Assembly (NCBI GenBank): GCA_964106915.2
Contig: OZ066914.1
DNA: 64,000 nt
From: Podarcis gaigeae
Lineage: Eukaryota
Strand: one strand, 5' to 3'
Shown here: in pieces, positions 39,329 through 50,200 of the stretch
How the letters are laid out: each line of letters opens with the position of its first letter
How positions within the stretch are numbered: the first letter of the stretch is position 1
Made by a program: the position numbers and the translations under genes
The notes under the pieces: model-generated
Told to the model about the DNA's origin: nothing
Seen by the model: the letters and a program-made list of their open reading frames with translations, nothing else
Database searches by the model: none

Positions 39329-39571
39329 CAGTGGTACCTCTGGTTACGAACGGGATCCGTTCCAGAGCCTGTTCGCAACCTGAAAGGAACGCAACCTGCG
39401 TCTGCGCGTCGTGATTCACTGCTTCTGCGCATGCGCATGACATCATTTTGTGCATCTGCGCATGCGCGAGTGGCGAAACCCGGAAGTAACCCTTTCCAGT
39501 ACTTCCGGTTCGCCACCGGACGCAACCTGAAAAAACGTATCATGAAGCAAATGTAACAAGAGGTATGACTA
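39329..39571. mobile_element. Tc1/mariner MITE
   Basis: CAGTGGTACCTC start with (GCGCAT) palindromic core, related to 12052-12261 and 12937-13172. Confidence 0.75.
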
Positions 39572-39701
39572 TTTATCATCACTGTCCCCAACCATCCTGT
39601 AGCAGTGAGTTCCAAGGGGCGAATGTGCAAGATGCACGAAATCAGCTTGCCACTCCCAATTTTTAATAGGGCTTTGATATAAATGCTATTTTGATGTGTG
39701 C

Positions 39702-39727
39702 ATAGATAGATAGATAGATAGATAGAT

Positions 39728-39766
<39 letters not shown>

Positions 39767-39786
39767 GATAGATATTAGATAGATAA
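39702..39786. repeat. (GATA)n microsatellite
   Basis: Direct observation. Confidence 0.95.
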
Positions 39787-42700
39787 TAGTGTAGTGTACC
39801 AAATAATAGTGAATGGGTTAGATAGATAGGTATAGTTGTAGTTTAAGGTTAAGAACATAATTATTGTTGAGTAATAAGAACAAAGGGATTTCCAAAGTGA
39901 CTGATAAATATAATGGGTAGTTCTATAACTTAGAAGAGAAAATAGACTTTTATTCAACATAAATTTTAATACTTAGCTCAGTTTGACACTGTTTTACAGG
40001 TGCAAAATGGGCAAATGATTCATAGATCTAAGGCTATCCACATTGTGCCCCCCTTCCCTGTGTTAGACAAGAAAATGAGAAGACAATGGCAAAGGCTTGG
40101 GAAAGATGTAGAAAATGAGCCTTCCCTTATTACCATCCATTTTCATGGTTTTCCATCAATTTTCTCTGCTTCTGGTTGATTAAAAAAACACCCACAATTG
40201 TTCCCACAAATGTGACAAAATGAAAAAAGATGAAGGCAGCCTCTGTAGCTGTTGTGGATGATATATAAAATAAATATCACATACAGAAATACATTCAGGG
40301 CATTAGAAAATTGTAAATGGCAGGTCCACAGCATGTTCACATCAGGGTGCAACTGCTATCTTCAAAATATCTAATGCCTTGACTGAAGCCCCTAAATGGG
40401 TGGATAATAATGAGTTGAAGGAAATCTCAGTAATGTGAATGAAGGGAGCTTCAAAGGACTTCAAAGAACAGGAAGAACTGGCCACATCTATGTCATGTAC
40501 TTGGCCATGAAATGTTTGAGTCATTAACACTGCCTAGCAGTTGTGGTCTTTGGGACTTCCCATGTTTTTAGATACACTGATGGCACCAAAATAATTCTTT
40601 ACTGAATCCTGCCATTTCCACCCAGTCATACTGGCTATCCATACATCTGCTTGTATCATTATATATAAAACTATTATATAGTTTTCTATTTAAACACCAT
40701 ACATTGTTCAGGATACAACAAAAGGTGTAGAAAATGATTCAGTGCAGGGCCAAAGTACAAGTTACAGAGAGTTGCAAATAAAAAGTGTAGAGAAACTCTT
40801 CAAATATCATTCATTTTAAACCTCTTAAACTAAACTAAATATAGAGGAAATTAATTGTTCTTTTTGTGAAGAGACATGGATGGTGCTTATTCATCTGCAT
40901 TATGACACTTATTGTGCTATGTAGTGGCTAGAGTGTTAAGCTTGAATGTTGCAAAATCTAGGTTCAAATCTAGCTTCAGCGATGAAACTCTCAGTGTAAT
41001 CAGCATCTCAGGGCTGTTCTGAAGTTCATGAAGGGTGGTAGGGTATGATTATAGTAAATTATGTCCAATTATTATTCTCATTGCAATGAAAGGATCATTC
41101 ACCTCCCACATTAAGTTCTGACATTTGGGATAGGGACCACCTGTCTGCAGGCCACATTTGACATAACACGGACCCGAATTCAGTTCACAAAGCTGTTTGC
41201 CTCAAACCATGCCTACCTGTGCCATATCTGACAGCTATATTAGCACACACAAAAAATACTTTATACTTTATTCAGAGAGATTGCAGTTTATAGACCCATT
41301 CACTTCTCAGGCAAAGTTAGCCTTTAGGAAATGTATCCAGTTACACTCAGATGGTCAGAAGAAGACAGAAGTTGGGACATTCTGATTTCTTTTAATACAT
41401 AGAATTCTGACAGATTACATTTGTAGATAAATGTCTAAAGCCAGTATTTTTATGGCCTTTTTAGGTAGAGAGAATAAAAAACATACCCCAAAAAAGAAGT
41501 ATCTCCTGAGGTTCCTCAGAGGAAGCATGGAGATGAGAAAAAGGAAATGGGTTACTGAGGGGAACATCAGGAAAGATGTCCAAGAAAGAGAGGGTTTGAG
41601 GAGGAGGCACACCACCCCCACCTCACTGTTATTAGAAGACAACATTCAACATCCATATAAGGTGTTGTTTCAGCTGAAATTCCTGAAGTTATTTTTCATA
41701 GCAAGCAACTGTAAGAAGTAAATGTATTAGAAAGACAACCCAAATTATTAATCTGCAATTTTATCAGGACAAATAGCTGATTTGAATGCTAACACAGAAA
41801 AACGTATAAGAATTATTGTGAATTATTCTGCCTGCACAACTAAGCATGTCATTACTATGCAAGTTAAAAAAGGACAAATAATATTCTTGACAAGCAGAAT
41901 TGAGAGAACAATATACATCGATTGGTGAATGGGTAGAAAATTATTTAATTGATTCTATTCTGCCAATGCAAGTTGAGACAAAAAAATAGGGCAAGTCAAA
42001 AATGAAGTGCAAAAATGCTTCACTGAGTCCTTAATAGTAAAAGAGGCTTTCATCATCTACTCAGCTGACAAAGATGAGAATATCTTACCCAAAAATTGAT
42101 AAAGAATTGCATAAATCATGCAATTTCAAGTTATGGGTTAAAAACATATTGTTCCAGTGGTTTTGGTAGGGATGAAGCAAATGAGCCCAGCTAACAACAG
42201 CAAAAGCATTTTTATTGTAATGTCCCTGGAATCCAGACTTCAGCATAATGCTCTTTTGTTCCTTTTTTTGAATGATAAAAAAGCAGGACCCCCCCCCCAA
42301 AAGGTTATAACAAAAATGGTTTCATTTATGAAGGGGCAAATTGTACTTTATAAAAATCAACACACAGCTTTACTGAACCATTTATGTGTATGTTTCTGCC
42401 ACAGCATTTGGTCTCAGTCTGCTTGAATCATATGCCCTGTTGCTTTATTATTTTCAAAGTCCCAATAAGACACTATTCTAACCTTGTTGATGAGGAAAGA
42501 GCCACCAGATATGCAGAGTAAGATCAGTGCTAGACTGGATCAGTGCCCTGTTCTTGGATGTGGTACCCCAGTCTCCAAGTTTACACAAAGCTCGAAATGT
42601 GGCTTCTCACACAATTCAACCCTGAAACCTCGAGTTTCAGAGAATGAAATGCAACAATGCCAGAATTTAGCAAGTTCCTCTTGTACCTTTTCAAATGAGC

Positions 42701-43506
42701 ACATTTTGGTATGCAACTCATTCTGACAATTCAAATGAACTGATTCACCATACTAAACACCACTGCGTGTGTTTGTCTCTGTGTGCAGTTGTGTGTGCAA
42801 GTGTGTGTTGCTATGTACATAGGTCACCGTAAAGAAACAGAAAAATTACTGTAAATTTAATCTTAAGGCTCTTACAAGATGCAGTGTGCTTCACCAGCCA
42901 ACTATTTCTTCTGCCTCCCAACATTTGTTCCCTCATTTAGCCCAGAGAAGAATTCTGGAGAATATGAAAACTTGAACAATATTTTGTGATATTTTGGTTG
43001 GCCTAAGGAAGGAAGGTATTGTCCCAGTATGAATTTTGGATTTTATTTTTTATGGGCCAAAACCTTTTGACTGCAGGAATACCTCCATCCCCTGCAGATG
43101 CTACAATCAGTTTTGCATTGTCTGCCAGGACGACTAACACAACCCAACGGCAGCTCCATAACACCTGCTCAACTTGTACATTTCATCTGTAAACAAGGTC
43201 GTCTGTTTTAAAGGCACCAAGTAGCCCTGGGTCAAATGAATTTCTGGCTTAGTCGCAATAAAACGAAGAGGCAATGTAAGTCTTTAGTGAGCTTTGCTCA
43301 AAAAAAAAAAAAAAACCGTCGAGGAGGGAGACAACGTCGAACGGTAGGCAATAAAGGGCCAGTCTAAACTCCACACTAAACAAAGTTGACTTCCTTCCGT
43401 CTTAATAGCAGCAAGCTGGATGTCCAAAGACAGCAAGCTGCTTTTCTTGCCGATTCAAGGGAATCTAAAGGGGAAAGTGTTAGGAGGTTTTGAAAGAGAG
43501 ATGGGG

Positions 43507-43706
43507 NNNNNNNNNNNNNNNNNNNNNNNNNNNNNNNNNNNNNNNNNNNNNNNNNNNNNNNNNNNNNNNNNNNNNNNNNNNNNNNNNNNNNNNNNNNNNN
43601 NNNNNNNNNNNNNNNNNNNNNNNNNNNNNNNNNNNNNNNNNNNNNNNNNNNNNNNNNNNNNNNNNNNNNNNNNNNNNNNNNNNNNNNNNNNNNNNNNNNN
43701 NNNNNN
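43507..43706. other. Assembly gap (200 N)
   Basis: Run of N; the round length suggests a placeholder of unknown true size. Confidence 0.99.
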
Positions 43707-43710
43707 GCTC

Positions 43711-43717
43711 ATAAATA
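43711..43717 (+). promoter_or_regulatory. TATA-like box of GAL (ATAAATA)
   Basis: At the 5' edge of the GAL CpG-rich region, immediately after the gap. Confidence 0.55.
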
Positions 43718-43739
43718 GCGCGGATCGGACTGGCTTAGG

Positions 43740-43940
43740 TACCACTCGGACCACCACCCCGCCTCCCCAGCGCTTCTTCCGCAAGCTCCTCCTCCTCCTG
43801 CTCCCCGCTTGCGGGATCTACGCAGGGATTGAGTGAGGAAGATTCCCACAGGAGATCAGCCAGCAGCCCTTGGGGACCACCGTCCTACCGCTCGCCAGGA
43901 TCCACCTCGACACACATCGGACACCACTTTGCACGGCAAG
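43740..43940 (+). other. GAL: GAL putative non-coding exon 1 (start approximate)
   Basis: CpG-rich segment about 30 nt after a TATA-like ATAAATA; donor gcaag|gtactg at 43940/43941; vertebrate GAL has a non-coding first exon. Confidence 0.65.
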
Positions 43941-44194
43941 GTACTGTCGCGCTGCGTTCGTGACCTCATGCGCCTTCCCCATCTTTGGCTACAACTTTTG
44001 ACGCGCGTCTTTGAGTTCTCCTACCCGCCGTGTGCGCGCGTGTTTATATAAAATCTGTAGATAGAACATCGCTCGTTCCCCTTTACTTTCTTCCTCCTGG
44101 GATTATGGGTAAGAAGGGAAGCGGGTGTCTGAAACCCCCCAGCTGACAGGGGCGGGCAGGCAGAGGGGTTCAGTGCGTTTTGGTCTCCTTTCAG

Positions 44195-44275
44195 ATGCAG
44201 AGGTGTACCTGTCTCCTGTTTGCCTCCTTGATCTTCTGCGCTGCCGTCTCAGAGACTTTCGGGCTGGTGTTATCC
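44195..44275 (+). CDS. GAL: GAL exon 2, signal peptide MQRCTCLLFASLIFCAAVSETFGLVLS
   Basis: ctcctttcag|ATG acceptor, TCC|gtgagt donor, 81 nt; resembles the sauropsid GAL signal peptide. Confidence 0.93.
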
Positions 44276-47200
44276 GTGAGTATTGTCGCTTTCTGCTTTC
44301 TACACTACTCTCCGTCTACAATAATCATGTGTAAGTGGTGAAGGGTGGGTGGGGGACAAATTTCACGGTAAATTTCAGAAGCCTGCTCTTGGATCAATGC
44401 AAGAGAAAGTGTGTTCACACGGTCGTTTTTTCCTCCAGTATTGATACAGTATAGCCACTCATTTATTCCGGAGTACCCAAACAGCCTTCTTACAAAGGAG
44501 GGCATCCCTGTTTTCTCCCCAGTGTCATCCTGAAGTTTTTGAGTGATGGTGGTGTGTAGTGATTTTTTGGAGTTTCCATCACAATTATATAGTGCAGTCC
44601 TTTCAGGTATGATGGATTGATGGAATTCTGTTGTCTGGCATGAAAGTGTGCTTTGGGAATGTAGCAAAGCCCCTCTGCATTTCTTGGTCACCTCTCCACA
44701 GTTGCCAGTTCTAAAATGTCATCCCTCTGCAGTGGTTTTCCTACAGTGGTGGAACAAATTTCCCTCCCCATTTCTGGGGCAGGAAGGAAAGTGGGGGAAT
44801 AACAATTGTATTTTCCAAGAGTTGATCTTTTCCAGCTGGAGAGAAGCAAGTGATTTGTTGAAGAGCACAGGAATCCCAGAGAAAGTGGTGTAAATCTTTT
44901 GAAACAGTTTAACAGCAAGGAGAATGTGAGTTGCTTCTTACTGAGACATTAATGTCAAGCTGGTTGCAGTCCCAAGTTTACTTTTCTGGAAGGAAATTCT
45001 TTTGAAATTGATGAAGCCAACTCCAGAGTAACCTGAGAGTACAAAGTATGAGGGATGAAACCCTGTAACAAATCATTTACTTTACTTATTTTTTATTTTA
45101 TTTTAGCTATATAGTAATTTATCCTTTAAATTCAATTATACTATTCAAACAACACTATAAATATTATATAGTTATATATGGTAGATTACACTTACATTCA
45201 AGAAAACAGGTTTAAATATATATTATGAAACATGATCAATGTGTGATTTCCTTGGCTGGTATTTCTGTATTTTAAAAGAAAAATTGTGTGGCAGTAATAA
45301 GTGAAAAAATAATAATCTCACAATTTTTCTTTCTGCAAGGCTAAAGAGAAAAGGGGATGGACTGTGAATAGTGCTGGTTATCTGCTTGGTCCAAGTAAGT
45401 CCAAATGTTTTATATTACTTGAAGACAATCTGGAATAACAGAAAAGTAACATCCCGAGGTTTCTAAAGCTCATCACATACTATACATGAGCATACATGCA
45501 ATATCCCATACTAACTCTCATTCACAGCTTGTGGCGGGTGACAGCACTAAATCACTCAGTTAGTGCTCTCTCTGGTGTTTATTGTAACCTATTTACAGTG
45601 GAGTGCTTTGCAGGAATTATGACTCTTATCACTGCGCTTGAATCATGAGAGTAAACCAATTTTATCTGAAAGCTCATCTTTCAGTTCCGAAGCCATGCCA
45701 TTTACAGATAATATTAAATATACATACTAGTATCTCTGAATGTGGTTATCAACTTTCCTGGAATAAATATGCCAAACTAATACTATGCTGGAAAACTGTA
45801 TCTTTTCTGCTTTGGAGTCCACATCTTTTTACTTTCCTTTGCTTACTGTTGTTGAGAAGATGATGTATTTTGGACTGTCTACAAACAACTGAGGCCCAGT
45901 CCAGCAAAGTTAATGAAAGGGCATCTGCTTTGCATGCTGAAGGTTCTGCATGCTGATGTCGCCAGCTAGGACTGGGAGAGAGCCCTGCCTGATCTCCTGA
46001 TAAGTTGCAGCTAGCTATTGTAGACTATACTGAGCAAGAGGGGCTAATAATCAGACAGACTCAATATTAAGCGGCTCCCTATGTTCCTAAATCCCACTGA
46101 GTGTACTCGAATAGGACTTTACCTAGATTGTGCCCATGATAAGTGCTTTATGTAGATACTATACTTCAGCTTAGGGAAATAATTTTGTTATCCATGAACA
46201 GGTAATTTTGGTAGAGAAGAGGGTAAAGCGATTGAAGTGGTTAGGTGTCGGGGGGACAAAATTCACAGTAAGGTTCAAAAGTCTTTTACTTGGATAAATG
46301 CAAGAGAAAGGGTGTTCCCATGGTTGCTTTTTCCTCCAGTATTGATTCAGTTTGCTCACTCATTCCTGAGAATCCAGGCAGCCTTCTTCCAAATGACATC
46401 TCTCTTTCCTCGCATCATGAAGTTTTAAAGTGCTGGTTTGTAGTGATTTTTTTTTTAAAAAAACCTTTTTATTAAGTTTCCCATTTTAACAATCCAATCG
46501 AATCACATTGAATGTTCCAGATTACACAAATACATATCAAATAGTCCAAATATTCTGCCTAAATTATATATTTTTTGCCTAAATTATTTTTTTTTTGTTG
46601 AGACTTCCCATGCTTCAAGTTTGGGGAGGCTCTTGTTTGTAGTGATTTTTGTTTATCACCCTTTCCTTTAGTGTACAAGCAATTATCAGCTAAGCTTCTT
46701 TTAAAGCCAAATTTCTTTGTGCAGATTTACGTTAAGATAAACTGTTTCAATATCAAAATGATTTACCTTAAATCCATGTTGTGCTGCAATAGCTAGCAAT
46801 AAACATACACTTTCACTCCTTGCAGTAGGAGAAAAGGTTTCATCAAACTTTCACCTTTTCTTTGCGTAAAGCCTCGTGCTACCAGCCTAGCTTTGTACTT
46901 AACACTACCATCTGCCAAGTGTTTTATTTTATACACCCATCTACAGTACACTGTCTTTTTTCCTTCTGGCAATGGCTCAATAGTAAACACATTATGTTCT
47001 GCCAAAGATTTCATTTCTGCCCTCATTGCATTTCCCCACATTACTATTTCCTGGTGTGGTAACTTTAAAACCTCCTTATAATCACGAGGTTCTTTCTTCA
47101 CATCAACAGTTTTAACTTCTTGTATAGTAAACCTTTCTGGAGGTACCCCCTTATTGCTTCTTTGTGATCTTCAAACTTGAACACTTTCCCCCTCTGAACT

Positions 47201-50200
47201 ATCTTCCCCTTCTAATTCATCTTGCTCAGGAGAAATTGGTTCAGCTTTAGGAGATTGTGTACTGGGACCCTCATCCCCTGATTCCTCATCACTATCACTT
47301 TCAGAACTTTTTTTAATTTGTGGCTTTTCTTCCTCAGATTTCACAAATTTATCTGTATCATCTGAAAATAAAACAACTTCTGAATTTCCATGTAAACGAG
47401 CCCAACCATCTTACTCATAAAACTCTGCATGTCTTGATATTACAACTCTGCCAAGCCCTAGTGCAAAACGATACACTTTTGACCAGCTTTGATAACCAAC
47501 AAATCTAAGTCTCTTTGCCTTGGGAACTCCTTTCCTTCTCTGTCCTTTTGGGATGTGAACCCAAGCCCAACAACCAAAAGTTTTAACATGGTCCAAAAAA
47601 GGTTTTTTTCCATAAAGCAAAAAAATGAGGGGTATTGTTTATGGTAAAATGAAACAATCTGTTCTGTATGTAATTAGCACAGAGAATTGCTTCCCCCCAA
47701 AACTTCCTGGATAAGCCAGAATTACATAACATAGAATCTAGCATTGTTTGTAAAGACCTTATCTTGCGTCCTGCAGCTGAATTTTCTTCGGGTGAAAAAG
47801 GACACTATTTATGGTGACTAATACCACATTTTTTTCAACCATATATGGAGGGCTTCAGACATGAACTCGCCTCCACGGTCACTCTGCAATTGGGTAACTT
47901 TGTAGGGAAACTGCCTTTCTATATAGTTGACCCAATTTTTAATCAGTTGACCAGTTTCACTTTTGTGTTTTAACAAGTATACCGGCTATAATCACCCACA
48001 AGAACCAGAAAAAACATTGCTCCTCCTTCAGATTCTGCAAATGGCTCACAAAGGTCTGGATGTAATAAAGCAAATGGCTTCTTGCTAATTCAGGATAAGA
48101 TCCCCACTTACTTTTAGACTACTTGCAGGTATTGCAGTCCAGAAAAACTGAACATTTTTTTCATTTTAATTCCCTTACTTAATTCTGGCATTTTTGCAAT
48201 GCTGCGGAAATTGGCATGCCCCAAATGACCATGCCACAAATGCTGGCACTCATCATGCAAGGCTCTATTACTGTTGGGGGGGGGGGTTCTTCTGGTGGCA
48301 GACGACAGAACCATGAAAGAACACTCAAACAAAGGTTTTATTACAGCTATACAAAACAACAAACAAAAAGCATGCAAGTGTTCTCTCTCTGCAGGCAAAT
48401 TCAAACTGCAACTTCTCCTCCTTTTGTAGTCATCACCAGCTGTACCTAATCAGCCTAGAAAACCACTCCCAGAACTCACAGAAAAGGTTCTTAAAGTTAC
48501 AGTCATCCTTTCTGTTTATTTGCAGAATGACTCCTAACACTACCAGTAGATCACGATCGACCTGTTGGACATCCCTGGAACAGATCAACTGAAATTAATA
48601 GACCTAACCTAGCTGTGCTCATTAAATTCAGTGGGTCGACTCTAAGTAAAGCTTAACTGAATACAGCCGAAGTTTCTCTTTGTACACACCTGTTAGTAAC
48701 CTCCAGCTGCTTCACTCATAACGGAGCTGTATTTAACTAAGTGACATTTTCAGAATGCAAGCTTCACGCCTTTGCTGCTTATTGGGTGTGTTCAATACAC
48801 CTTTTCACAATTGCCCAATATGTTAGATTATAGCTATCCGTCCGTATGTTGTAGAAATTACTTTCAATGACACAAGAGGGGTGTCTTTACTTACAAGGGG
48901 TAAAGCATAATACAAGAGTTTTAAAAACCGTGCCTAAATACCTCTACTAAGAATGTTTTATTTGTTTGTGTTGGCTTCAGATAAACAGTGACTGAAGAGG
49001 CTGTGCAGACAGCCAAATCTCCATTCCATAGAAAAGAGATCTACTGATCAAAGTTCCGTTTTTTCTAAGGTTGGGTAATAGCCATAATCTGTTTCAGGTC
49101 GTGTTGCTCAGATCCTCAAGAAAATGTCCCGTGCAAAGGGGACAGAAGAGCCACCTGGGGAACGTAAGATGGCTTTTGGAGGTTATTCGTGTAAACTAAC
49201 TGCAGTTTACTGTCAAAGCAAACTAACTGACAACTCGCTACTTAAAATCAAAGGAAGCAACAGTACAACTACATTTTCTTTTGTTTTCTTTTTATAAAAT
49301 TTATTGAACAATTTCCACAAACAAATTTCAAAACAAATAATCAATTACATTGTTCCCCCATATTTTCCTTATTCCCCTCCCTATCCCTCCCTCCCTCCCT
49401 CCCTCCCTCCCTCCCTTCCCCTCCAGAGACTTCCCTCAGCTCCTCTCTCTGATTTGTATACCTATGTTATTCTCTGCATGTTAAAGAATGTACGTATCGT
49501 TACTTAATCTATCATATGTTCATCTACTAAATTTGTGGATGTTTATTCAAAACCTGCCAAGGAGTCCAATTCCTTTTGTTGTTGTTTTAAGTAATTTGTA
49601 AAAAGTTCCCACTCTTCTTTGAAGTCAAAGTTGTCCTTATCACATAATTTATATTTCAATTTAGCCAATTCCGCATAGTTCATCCGTTTTTCTTGCCACT
49701 GTTCCTTCATTGGGGTTTCTTCATTCTTCCATCCTTGTGCTAACAAGGCTCTTGCCGCTGTTGTAGCGTACATAAATAAGTTCTTTGTTTTTCTTGGCAG
49801 GTCTTGTCCTACAATCCCCAACAAAAATGTGTCTGGCTTTTTTACAAATGTAATTTTAAACATTTTTTCCAATTAATTATTTATCATTCCCCCCCCCCCC
49901 AATTAACCTCTCTACATTCCCACCACATATGGTAAAAAGTACCTTTTTCTTTACATTTCCAACATATGTTTGATCCGGTTTTGTACATTTTTGCTATTTG
50001 TACTGGTGTAATATACCATCTGTACATCATTTTCATATAATTTTCTTTCAAAAGAGAACAATCTGTAAATTTCAAATTTACTTTCCACAAATTTTCCCAG
50101 CCCTCAAATTGTATGTTATGTCCTATATCCTGTGCCCATTTAATCATAACTGATTTAACCTCCTAATCTTTTGTCTCCCATTCTAGCAAAATACTATATG

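Noticed and set aside
43420-43836. ORFs spanning the N run
   Set aside because: Artefacts of translating Ns
44305-44691. 128-aa antisense ORF in GAL intron 2
   Set aside because: Non-ATG start, no recognisable domain, and the frame is not evidently kept in the related copy at 46.2-46.4 kb
45340-45394. GALP or spexin instead of GAL
   Set aside because: KR immediately precedes GWT, GKR amidation follows, and exons 5-6 encode a clear GMAP; this is GAL architecture
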